The position numbers and the translations under genes are program-made. From an uncultured delta proteobacterium (lineage in GTDB: Bacteria; Desulfobacterota; Desulfobacteria; Desulfobacterales; JAFDCJ01), in the NCBI GenBank assembly GCA_963769935.1, contig CAVYNY010000011.1, forward strand, positions 1-64,000: a stretch of DNA of 64,000 bases, read 5' to 3'. Below, one piece after another: positions 50,968 to 59,488 of the stretch; within the stretch, counting starts at the first letter, position 1; every line of letters starts with the position of its first letter. Below the pieces are notes generated by a model that was given only the letters and a program-made list of their open reading frames with translations, had not been told where the DNA came from and ran no database searches.

Positions 50968-52131
50968 ATGAAAATGGCGCGTTTGCTGGAAACCGTTGAT
51001 CTGATGACCAACTTCTACACTTACGAAGGGGTGGTCAAGGCCCTGAACAGGGTGAGTCTGGTGGTGGAGCACGGCTCGACCTACGGGCTGGTGGGTGAGT
51101 CAGGCTGCGGCAAGAGCGTGACGGTGCGTTCGATCATGCGCATCGTGCCCGAGCCGGGGCGTATCGAAGACGGCAAAATCATTGTCTACCTGGACGAAGC
51201 GGACCGACAAAACGGCATTGATCTGCTGGAGCAGTCCGAGACCTACATGGAGAGCCTCCGCGGGAACCGCATATCCATGATATTCCAGGAGCCCAATGCA
51301 GCCTTGAACCCGACCATGAGTATCGGTGATCAGGTCGGTGAAAGTTTTTTGTTTCACCGGAAACAGGAAATGAGCGCCGGTATACTGGAGGAATTGGCAG
51401 CGTCGAAACGTCATTTCTTAAATCCATTTAAAAAATTCCTGCAGGCCGTTTACCGGATCGCCGCCCAAAACCCCGCTGACATTCGCCTGCGGATACTTGA
51501 CCGGCTGCCATTGTTGAAGCTCTGGCAGAGGCGCCTCAAAAAGGAAGCCCGCCGCCGTTCGATAGAAATAATCGACAAACTGGGGATCCCCGATGCGGCG
51601 CAGGTGGCCGGGCAGTATCCCCATAATCTTTCCGGCGGGATGAAGCAGCGCATCCTCATTGCCATTGCCCTGGCGTGCAATCCGGTATTGCTGATTGCCG
51701 ATGAAGCCACGTCAAATCTGGATGTAACGATTCAGGCCCAGATCCTGGAACTGCTCCGCGAGCTCAAAGAAGAAGTCATATCTTCGATATTGTTGATTAC
51801 CCACGATCTGGGTGTGGTGGCTGAGACCTGTGACCGGGTGGGGGTGATGTATGCCGGCAACCTGTGCGAGGTGGCCGATGTCGAAGAATTGTTTGAGAAC
51901 CCCCTGCATCCCTATACCCGGGCGTTATTGGACGCGGTACCGAAGTTTGATATGGCAGCAGAACTGCGAAGTATTGAGGGCAATGTGCCGAACCTTGTGA
52001 CGCCGCCGCCGGGATGCCGGTTTCACCCACGCTGCCCCCATGCGATGGATGCGTGCCGGAAAACTTTTCCGGAGATGAAAGAAGTCAAAAAGGATCATTT
52101 GGTGGCCTGTTACTGGATAGAAAAAAGGTAA
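50968..52131 (+). CDS. Dpp/Opp ABC ATP-binding subunit (DppD-like) with a ~60-aa insertion
   Basis: [24 protein letters not shown]. Confidence 0.92.
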   Translation: MKMARLLETVDLMTNFYTYEGVVKALNRVSLVVEHGSTYGLVGESGCGKSVTVRSIMRIVPEPGRIEDGKIIVYLDEADRQNGIDLLEQSETYMESLRGNRISMIFQEPNAALNPTMSIGDQVGESFLFHRKQEMSAGILEELAASKRHFLNPFKKFLQAVYRIAAQNPADIRLRILDRLPLLKLWQRRLKKEARRRSIEIIDKLGIPDAAQVAGQYPHNLSGGMKQRILIAIALACNPVLLIADEATSNLDVTIQAQILELLRELKEEVISSILLITHDLGVVAETCDRVGVMYAGNLCEVADVEELFENPLHPYTRALLDAVPKFDMAAELRSIEGNVPNLVTPPPGCRFHPRCPHAMDACRKTFPEMKEVKKDHLVACYWIEKR

Positions 52132-52280
52132 AAGGTCAAAGGCGAAAGGTTAAAGGCTAAAAGACTGCGGGCGCGAGGAGGCTGGTATGCCGGGAAGCTG
52201 GGAGGCGGCGAAGCTATAAGGCTGGAATACCGAGAACTGGCGTAAACCTCCAAGCCTTTGCGCTTTCAAGCCTCCTGGCA
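52124..52280. repeat. AAAGG heptamer run plus an inverted AAGCT/AGGCT octamer cassette
   Basis: AAAGGTAAAAGGTCAAAGGCGAAAGGTTAAAGGCTAAA; GAAGCTGGGAGGC..AAGCTATAAGGCT ... AAGCCT..AAGCCT. Confidence 0.7.
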
Positions 52281-52323
52281 GAGACCATGGCGACATCTTA
52301 ACTTTGTTTTAAATGGAATCATT

Positions 52324-53376
52324 GTGGAAAAGATTCTCGAACTCAAAAACCTTAAAAAGTATTACCCGATTCTGGGCGGGGTTTTGCGCCATGAAGTCGC
52401 TACCGTCAAAGCCCTGGACGGCATCGATCTGGATATTTATCGTGGAGAATGTCTGGGCGTCGTCGGGGAATCCGGCTGCGGCAAAACCACGACCGGCAAG
52501 GCCATTATCCGCCTGCACGATACCACCAGCGGGCATGTGTTTTATCACGGCCAAGGCCTTGAAAACGGTGCACCGATTGATATTGCCCGGAAGAGACGGT
52601 CTTTGCTCAAAAGGCTGGGTATTCGCAGCAAGCTGCAGATGGTGTTTCAGGATCCGACCACTTCATTGGATCCCCGCATGCTGGTAAAAAACATAATTGC
52701 CGAGCCGATCAAAACTCAGCAGCGTCCGGGCGGGCGGGAGCTTGAACGGCGGGTGATCGATCTGCTCCAACTGGTGGGATTGACCCGCGATCATTTGCTG
52801 CGCTATCCTCACGAGTTTTCCGGTGGCCAGCGCCAGCGCATCGCGGTGGCCCGGGCGATTGCCACGGATCCGGAATTCATTGTGCTGGATGAACCGACCT
52901 CGGCCCTGGATGTATCCGTCCAATCCCAGATTTTAAATCTGCTCAAGTCTCTGCAGCAAACCTTGAATTTGACCTATATGTTTGTCACCCACCATCTGCT
53001 GGTTGTCAAATATATCAGCAATCGCCTGGCGGTGATGTATCTGGGAAAAATAGTGGAAGTTGCCGGGACTGAAGATCTTTTTTCAAATCCGGTGCACCCC
53101 TATACGCATGCGTTGCTGTCCGCCATTCCGATCCCGGCGGTCAAAAGCAAGCAGCGGCGTATCGTTTTGTCCGGTGATGTACCCGGCTCCGTCAATCCGC
53201 CCGCCGGCTGCCGGTTTCATACCCGGTGTCCCTTCGTGGAGGATCGCTGCACGAAGGAGCTGCCCCTGCTTGAAACCGTGGCACCGGGTCATCAGGTGGC
53301 CTGCCATCGCAAACGGGATATGGCCAAACTTGTTAGGGATAAATTCGGTCAAAAAAGGATTGGCAGCGGGATTTAA
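52324..53376 (+). CDS. Dpp/Opp ABC ATP-binding subunit (DppF-like); GTG start inferred
   Basis: [28 protein letters not shown]. Confidence 0.92.
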   Translation: MEKILELKNLKKYYPILGGVLRHEVATVKALDGIDLDIYRGECLGVVGESGCGKTTTGKAIIRLHDTTSGHVFYHGQGLENGAPIDIARKRRSLLKRLGIRSKLQMVFQDPTTSLDPRMLVKNIIAEPIKTQQRPGGRELERRVIDLLQLVGLTRDHLLRYPHEFSGGQRQRIAVARAIATDPEFIVLDEPTSALDVSVQSQILNLLKSLQQTLNLTYMFVTHHLLVVKYISNRLAVMYLGKIVEVAGTEDLFSNPVHPYTHALLSAIPIPAVKSKQRRIVLSGDVPGSVNPPAGCRFHTRCPFVEDRCTKELPLLETVAPGHQVACHRKRDMAKLVRDKFGQKRIGSGI

Positions 53377-53397
53377 TAAGTGATAAAAGGTTACAAA

Positions 53398-53556
53398 AAG
53401 CTTGGAGGCTTGAAAGCTTGGAGGCTGGGATGCCTGAAAGTTTGGCAACTTGGAAGCTCGGAGGCTTAAATCTGATATTAGCCTCCCAGCCTTATAGCTT
53501 CCTCGCCTCCCAGCCTTCGGGCCTTCAAGCCTTATAGCTTCCCAGCATTCCAGCCA
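53398..53556. repeat. Large inverted octamer-array cassette (AAGCTTGG/AGGCTTGA ... AGCCTCCC/AGCTTCC)
   Basis: About nine 8-bp units per arm, with complementary arms. Confidence 0.85.
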
Positions 53557-53573
53557 GAAAAAAAGGAGATTTT

Positions 53574-54149
53574 ATGAAACGCGCGATTATTTACATACTG
53601 ATATTTTTCGCGGCTATTTTGAGCGGTGTGCCGGCGGTGTCCGCTGAAAATCCCAGAGTCGAATTGGACACGTCAAAAGGCAAAATCGTTCTGGAGCTTT
53701 ATCCGGAAAAAGCGCCTGAAACGGTAAAAAATTTCTTAAATTACGTTGCTGAAAAATTTTACGACGGTACCATTTTCCATCGGGTGATTCCGAAATTCAT
53801 GATTCAGGGAGGCGGTTTTACGGCCGACATGCAGCACAAGCCCACCGGAGCGCCGATTAAAAACGAAGCCGATAAGGGCCTTAATAATGACCGCGGTACG
53901 ATTGCCATGGCCCGCACCGGTGATCCCCATAGCGCCACGGCCCAGTTTTTTATCAACACGGCCAACAATGACTTCTTGAACCACAAGAGCAAAACACAGC
54001 AGGGTTGGGGCTATGCAGCCTTCGGTAAAGTCGTGGCCGGCATGGATACGGTGGATGCCATTTCGGCCGTGAAGACGACCACCCGCGGATCCTACCAGGA
54101 CGTGCCCGTGGAGCCGGTGGTTATTAAAACCGCCAAACGGTTGAACTAG
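53574..54149 (+). CDS. ppiA: Periplasmic cyclophilin-type peptidyl-prolyl isomerase
   Basis: Signal peptide; [27 protein letters not shown]. Confidence 0.93.
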   Translation: MKRAIIYILIFFAAILSGVPAVSAENPRVELDTSKGKIVLELYPEKAPETVKNFLNYVAEKFYDGTIFHRVIPKFMIQGGGFTADMQHKPTGAPIKNEADKGLNNDRGTIAMARTGDPHSATAQFFINTANNDFLNHKSKTQQGWGYAAFGKVVAGMDTVDAISAVKTTTRGSYQDVPVEPVVIKTAKRLN

Positions 54150-54172
54150 ATGTTGGGCTCCGCATTAACTAT

Positions 54173-54240
54173 GTTGGGTGGGCATTGCCCACCGTCAACC
54201 TTCCGGGCAGACAACGTTTGGTGGGCGATGCCCACCCTAC
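54173..54240. repeat. REP-like inverted doublet
   Basis: GTTGGGTGGGCATTGCCCACC ... GGTGGGCGATGCCCACCCTAC (GTAG end on the reverse strand). Confidence 0.75.
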
Positions 54241-54308
54241 GATATGGAATTTTCGCAACGTTAGCACGTTAAGAAGTAATTCTTTGCATTTTATGGCAAA
54301 ATATTTTT

Positions 54309-54403
54309 GCCACCAAGCCACTAAGACACAAAGGAATATTCAGACAAAACCTTTCTTTGTGCCTTTGAGTCTTTGTGGCAATTTTCCGGCTTATCCGGGT
54401 TAG
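54309..54403. repeat. Inverted CACAAAG/CACTAAG cassette ending in TCCGGGTTAGG
   Basis: GCCACCAAGCCACTAAGACACAAAG ... CTTTGTGCCTTTGAGTCTTTGTGGC. Confidence 0.8.
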
Positions 54404-54434
54404 GCGTTAACATGGCAAAGTTCGAAAGGGGCTT

Positions 54435-55016
54435 ATGACTGCAAAAAGAAATTCGAAAAAGATACTGGTACTGCTGGGCAGTCCACGGAAGAAGGGCAAT
54501 AGTACAACGCTTGCCCAAAAAATTATTGAGGGCGCCGAAGCTGCCGGTGCCGCCGTCGAAAAAATTTATCTGCACGGTCAGAAGATAGCGCCCTGTCAGG
54601 CATGTTATGCCTGTCGGAAACCCAACAGCCGGGGCTGCGCGATCGACGACGATATGCAGCCCATCTATCAAAAGCTGATCGAGGCCGACGCCTGGGTAAT
54701 TGCCAGTCCGGTCTACTGGTTTACCATGTCGGCGCAGACCAAGCTGTTCATGGACCGCTGCTTTGCGCTTTTTAATATTAAAAAAGATGCGCTGGCAGGC
54801 AAAAATATAGCCATCGCCATGAGCTATGCCGATGCCGATCCCTTTATGTCCGGCTGCGTCAATGCGCTGCGCACCTTTCAGGATGCCTTTGCCTATGTCG
54901 GTGCAACTATCGTGGGCATGGTATACGGCAGTGCGGACAAACCCGGCGAAATTAAATCAAACCAGGCCCTGATGGCAGAAGCTGAGGCACTCGGCAGGCA
55001 GTTGGCAGAAAGCTGA
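54435..55016 (+). CDS. Iron-sulfur flavoprotein / flavodoxin-fold FMN reductase family
   Basis: GSPRKKGNS; CQACYAC.......C; ASPVYW. Confidence 0.9.
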   Translation: MTAKRNSKKILVLLGSPRKKGNSTTLAQKIIEGAEAAGAAVEKIYLHGQKIAPCQACYACRKPNSRGCAIDDDMQPIYQKLIEADAWVIASPVYWFTMSAQTKLFMDRCFALFNIKKDALAGKNIAIAMSYADADPFMSGCVNALRTFQDAFAYVGATIVGMVYGSADKPGEIKSNQALMAEAEALGRQLAES

Positions 55017-55024
55017 TTCGAATC

Positions 55025-56200
55025 ATGATCATCAATCCCAGAATTCGTCATAACATTTGCACAAACGCGCACCCGCTGGGCTGCGCTGCCCAGGTCCGGG
55101 CGCAAATCAGCTATGTCCGGGCCTGCGGCAAAATCGACGGTCCAAAAAAGGTGCTGGTCATCGGCGCTTCCAACGGCTATGGGCTGGCGGCCAGAATTGC
55201 GTCGGCCTTTGCATCCGATGCCGCCTCAATCGGGCTGGCCTTGGAAAAGCCCGCCACGGATAAACGAACCGCGACCGCCGGCTGGTATAACACCGAGGCC
55301 TTCAAACACGAAGCTGAAAAGGCGGACCTGCCGGCCTGGAATGTCAATGGCGACGCTTTTGCCGAGGAAACCAAATCCCAAGTCATGGAGATGGTCAAAA
55401 CCAACCTGGGCCGGATCGACTTTCTGGTTTACAGCATTGCGGCGCCCCGGCGGGTCGATCCGGCGACCGGTGAAATTTTTTCAGCGGTCATCAAGCCGAT
55501 CGGCAAACCGTTTACGGCCAAAACGGTGGATTTTCAGACCGGTATTATCAGTGAGGTTACCGCCGAGCCGGCCAGCGAGGAAGAGATCGTGCATACCGTC
55601 AAAGTCATGGGCGGGGAAGACTGGATGCTGTGGATCGACAAGCTGCTGGGCCGTAATCTCCTTGCTCCGGGATTTCGGACGATTGCGTTTTCCTATATCG
55701 GTTCCGAACAAACGCGTCCGTTGTACCGGGACGGGACCATCGGCGCCGCCAAGAAGGACCTCGAACAAAAGGCTGAGGATATCAACCGGCGGCTGGCACC
55801 GATTGGCGGGCAGGCGTTGATCAGCATCAACAAAGCCCTGATCACCCGCGCCAGCGCCGTCATACCGGCCGTCCCCCTGTATATCGCTCTGCTTTACCGG
55901 GTCATGAAGGCCAAGAAGCTGCACGAAGGCTGCATCCAGCAAATGGTCCGGCTTTATCATGATTTTCTGTTCGGGGCCAACTCCCCTCAAACGGATGCCA
56001 AAGGCCGAATCCGCTTAGACGACTGGGAAATGCAGCCGGATGTCCAAAATGAAATCAGCTCTTTCTGGCAGCAGGTCGATCAGGACAACATCGGTGAGCT
56101 TGCGGATATCAAAGGCGTAAGAGAAGAATTTTTAAGGCACCACGGATTCGGGATGCCGGGCATCGACTACTCGCAGGATGTCCGGCCGGATGTATTGTGA
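55025..56200 (+). CDS. fabV: trans-2-enoyl-CoA/ACP reductase (FabV/Ter family)
   Basis: AHPLGC; GASNGYGLA; VMGGEDW; Y..GTIG.AK; HEGCIQQM; IRLDDWE. Confidence 0.93.
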   Translation: MIINPRIRHNICTNAHPLGCAAQVRAQISYVRACGKIDGPKKVLVIGASNGYGLAARIASAFASDAASIGLALEKPATDKRTATAGWYNTEAFKHEAEKADLPAWNVNGDAFAEETKSQVMEMVKTNLGRIDFLVYSIAAPRRVDPATGEIFSAVIKPIGKPFTAKTVDFQTGIISEVTAEPASEEEIVHTVKVMGGEDWMLWIDKLLGRNLLAPGFRTIAFSYIGSEQTRPLYRDGTIGAAKKDLEQKAEDINRRLAPIGGQALISINKALITRASAVIPAVPLYIALLYRVMKAKKLHEGCIQQMVRLYHDFLFGANSPQTDAKGRIRLDDWEMQPDVQNEISSFWQQVDQDNIGELADIKGVREEFLRHHGFGMPGIDYSQDVRPDVL

Positions 56201-56207
56201 GGTTTGA

Positions 56208-57380
56208 ATGGTTAAACTACTTCGCCAAGGCAATGTTTTCGCCCCGGATCCTCTGGGTAAGAAAGATATCCTAATTTTGGGAAATAAGATTGGGGCAATC
56301 ACCGAGCCGGGCCAAATAAAGATAGAAGGAATTGAATTTCAAGACCTAGATGCCTCGGAAAAGATTGTTGTTCCGGGATTCATCGACAGCCATGTTCATA
56401 TAACCGGAGGCGGCGGAGAAGGAGGGCCAGCCACAAGAGCACCTGAAATAGCTGTTGAAGATATCATTTCAAGCGGTGTGACAACTGTTATCGGATGCCT
56501 TGGAACGGATAGTGTGACACGTCACATGGAATCTCTTCTGGCTAAGGCCAGAGGCCTGGAAAAAGAAGGCGTCACAACCTTTATTTTTTCAGGTTCCTAC
56601 GAAATTCCCCCCAAAACAATCACCGGAAGCATCCGATCCGACCTCGTCCTCATCGATAAAGTCGTAGGGGCGGGAGAAATAGCCATCTCCGACCACCGCT
56701 CCTCCCAGCCCTCCTTTGAGGAAGTGGCCCGCCTGGCTGCCGATTGTCGCGTGGGAGGCATGCTCGGTGGCAAGGCTGGTGTGCTCCATTGTCATATAGG
56801 CGATGGACCGCGACGTTTGGGGATGCTTTTCAGGCTGATCAAAGAAACAGAAATTCCTGTCACCCAAGTCATCCCGACCCATGTCAACCGCAATCGACAA
56901 TTACTGGCGGAAGCCATGGAGTTTGTCCTGGCCGGAGGATTCATAGACCTTACCGCCAGCGGCGATTCCGAGCCTCTGGACAAGCAGGGAGTATCGATAG
57001 AAGATGCGGTGGCCCTCTTTCTTGAAAAACAGATTCCTTTAGACCACATCACCATAAGTTCAGACAGCAACGGCAGCCTTCCCGTCTTCGACGAAAAAGG
57101 GGAGTTGCTGGGCTTGACCATCGCCACCCAGAAGGGCCTCATAGCAAAGTTTCGAACCCTGGTCCAAAAAGATATCTTGAGTCTCCAGGATGCTCTAAAG
57201 CTCTTTTCCACCAATCCTGCCCACTTCTATAAGTTGAATCAAAAGGGAGAAATAAAGGCAGGAAAGGATGCTGATCTTCTTATCCTCGACAAAAATTTCA
57301 ATTTGACAGACTGCTTTGCCATGGGACGCAGGATGTTGGCGGAGGGCCGATTAATTGCTAAAGGCACCTTCAGCCCTTGA
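56208..57380 (+). CDS. iadA: Isoaspartyl (beta-aspartyl) dipeptidase
   Basis: IDSHVHITGGGGEGG; CLGTD; GEIAISDHRSSQP; SSDSNGS. Confidence 0.95.
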   Translation: MVKLLRQGNVFAPDPLGKKDILILGNKIGAITEPGQIKIEGIEFQDLDASEKIVVPGFIDSHVHITGGGGEGGPATRAPEIAVEDIISSGVTTVIGCLGTDSVTRHMESLLAKARGLEKEGVTTFIFSGSYEIPPKTITGSIRSDLVLIDKVVGAGEIAISDHRSSQPSFEEVARLAADCRVGGMLGGKAGVLHCHIGDGPRRLGMLFRLIKETEIPVTQVIPTHVNRNRQLLAEAMEFVLAGGFIDLTASGDSEPLDKQGVSIEDAVALFLEKQIPLDHITISSDSNGSLPVFDEKGELLGLTIATQKGLIAKFRTLVQKDILSLQDALKLFSTNPAHFYKLNQKGEIKAGKDADLLILDKNFNLTDCFAMGRRMLAEGRLIAKGTFSP

Positions 57381-57541
57381 CAGGAAGGAAAAAAGTGAAG
57401 GCGGATCATCAGCGCCTGCGTTTTTTCGAAATCCAAGGGACTTATTTGAATTGAATCCGCAGTTTTGATTTTTTCTAACGCATACTTATATTCTAATTAA
57501 TCCGCCCTGAATAGCAGCTTCCATCAACAGGCAAAAATAAA

Positions 57542-58404
57542 ATGAAACATATTAAACCCGCCGGAGATCAACCGACCGGAATTTATACAGTGGCTGATCG
57601 TTGGAAACTTATGATGTTGCTGTGTTTGGCAGCTATAGGCATAGGTTTGGCGATCAGCGCCTGTGATTTCCGCAAGGGTCATGCTTCGGCCGAAACAAAC
57701 ACTAGGAAAGACAGCAACATGGAATCAACACAATTGGCCAAAACCATTCAATATAAGATACCGCCCATCGATGCCGCGGCTCCAGCCGAGATTGTAACCG
57801 CAACCTTCGCGCTGGGCTGATTCTGGGGACCCGACTCCCGGTTCGGGAGTATGGAAGGCGTCGTCAGAACTCGTGTCGGATATGCCGGCGGTCAGAAAAA
57901 AGACCCCACCTATCACAGCCTGGGAGACCACAGCGAAACGATCCAGATTGATTATGACCCGGCCCGCATATCGTACCGGAAGCTGCTGTCCATTTTCTGG
58001 CAGAGCCATGACCCAACGTCGCGTGCCTGGAGCCGGCAGTACATGTCGGCCATATTTTACCACAATGATGAGCAGCGAGAGCTGGCCCTTGAAACGAAAG
58101 CCTTCGAGGAAAAACAGAGAAACAAAAAAATCCAGACCGAAATTGTGCCGTTCGAGCGTTCTACCTGGCGGAAGATTATCATCAGAAATATGAGCTGCGA
58201 GGGCATAGTGATCTGATGCGGGAATTTAAGGCCATGTATCCCCGGGACATTGATTTTATCAATTCCACTGCCGCCGCCCGGGTCAACGGCTATCTCAGCG
58301 GCTACGGCAGCCCCGAAGAAATGAAAGCAACCCTCGAACACCTGGGCTTATCGACTGCGGCCCAGGAGCGGCTGTTGGCCAATTCCAATAAGTGGAAAAA
58401 TTAA
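57542..58404 (+). CDS. msrA: Selenocysteine-containing methionine-S-sulfoxide reductase with predicted lipoprotein signal; UGA=Sec at 57818-57820; -1 frameshift near 58159
   Basis: TATFALG-U-FWG (MsrA GCFWG motif); RTRVGYAGG; rejoined FYLAEDYHQKY; STAAARVNGY tail; lipobox ISAC. Confidence 0.88.
57834..57850 (+). promoter_or_regulatory. Bacterial SECIS-like hairpin
   Basis: ACTCCCG-GTT-CGGGAGT, 13 nt after the UGA, with GU in the apical loop. Confidence 0.75.
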
Positions 58405-59226
58405 TTATACGAAAAAGTCCGGCATCAGGTCAGCGTTCGGATCGACGGCGTAGCTGCTGAGATCCGTCAGGCCCTCTGCCTGCAGGACGGCCTCGTCGAC
58501 AAAAAAATTGCCGGTGCACTCACGGCTTGGTTTGGTTAGAATCGCGTGGGCGGCGTCCGCCAGGATCTCGGGCCTGCGCGAGGCCCGAACCATCTCTTCG
58601 CCGCCGAGCAGGTTGCGTACGGCTGACGTTGCGATGGTCGTGCGCGGCCACAGGGCGTTGACCGCTATTCCCCGGGACTTCAGTTCCTCAGCCATTCCGA
58701 GAACACACATGCTCATACCGAACTTGGCCATGGTGTAGGCGACATGCGGTGCGAACCATTTGGCCTCCATGTTAAGCGGCGGCGACAGGTTTAAAATGTG
58801 CGGATTTTCCGCCTTTTCGAGGTGTGGAATGCATTTTTGCGAACACAGAAATGTGCCGCGCGTGTTGACCTGGTGCATCAGGTCATAGCGCTTCATCGGG
58901 GTCGAAACCGTGTCCGTCAGGTGGATCGCGCTGGCGTTGTTTACCAGGATATCGATTTGGCCGAATGCTTCAACCGTCTTGGCCACCGCAGCTTCCACCT
59001 GGTCCTCGAAGCGGATGTCCACCACGCAGGCCAGGGCCTTGCCGCCGGCGGCTTCGATCTCCTCGGCGGCGGTATAAATCGTTCCCGGAAGCTTCGGATG
59101 CGGATGAGTTGTTTTGGCTGCAATGGCAATCCTGGCGCCGTCTCTGGCGGCCCGCAATGCGATTGCCTTGCCGATGCCGCGGCTGGCGCCGGTAATGAAC
59201 AGGGTCTTGCCTTTCAGATCGCTCAT
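58405..59226 (-). CDS. Short-chain dehydrogenase (HSDL2-like)
   Basis: ITGASRGIG; HPKLPGTIY; NNASAI; YTMAK; NALWP. Confidence 0.93.
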   Translation of the reverse strand: MSDLKGKTLFITGASRGIGKAIALRAARDGARIAIAAKTTHPHPKLPGTIYTAAEEIEAAGGKALACVVDIRFEDQVEAAVAKTVEAFGQIDILVNNASAIHLTDTVSTPMKRYDLMHQVNTRGTFLCSQKCIPHLEKAENPHILNLSPPLNMEAKWFAPHVAYTMAKFGMSMCVLGMAEELKSRGIAVNALWPRTTIATSAVRNLLGGEEMVRASRRPEILADAAHAILTKPSRECTGNFFVDEAVLQAEGLTDLSSYAVDPNADLMPDFFV

Positions 59227-59239
59227 GGCTCCTCCTAGT

Positions 59240-59440
59240 CAATTGAATATTGTCAATTGAATATTGAATATTTATGGTTTCGCTGCGCTCAGACTTTTTT
59301 ATAAAAAAGATAGAATACCTCCCTCGATGTTCGATGTTGGAAGTTCGATGTTCGATGTTCATTAGTTTCTTTTATTGATCAAACTAGCCGCTTCTCAGGC
59401 CAGCGGTCCGCCGGAGGCGGAACACCTGAAACCTTAAGTT
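59240..59440. repeat. Composite cassette: ATTGAAT array, TCGATGT array and dispersed repeat
   Basis: AATTGAATATTGTCAATTGAATATTGAATATTT; TCGATGTTCGATGTTGGAAGTTCGATGTTCGATGTTC; CAGGCCAGCGG...CTGAAACCTT. Confidence 0.8.
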
Positions 59441-59488
59441 TCTGACAAAATGCTGCCGGATAAAACGTCCTAAGGGCCTATTAACCAA

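Noticed and set aside
28319..58160. Programmed ribosomal frameshifting in the radical SAM gene, moeA, metX, SBP and msrA
   Set aside because: No slippery heptamers or shared signal, mixed +1 and -1 directions, and these families are not known to be recoded; indel error is simpler.
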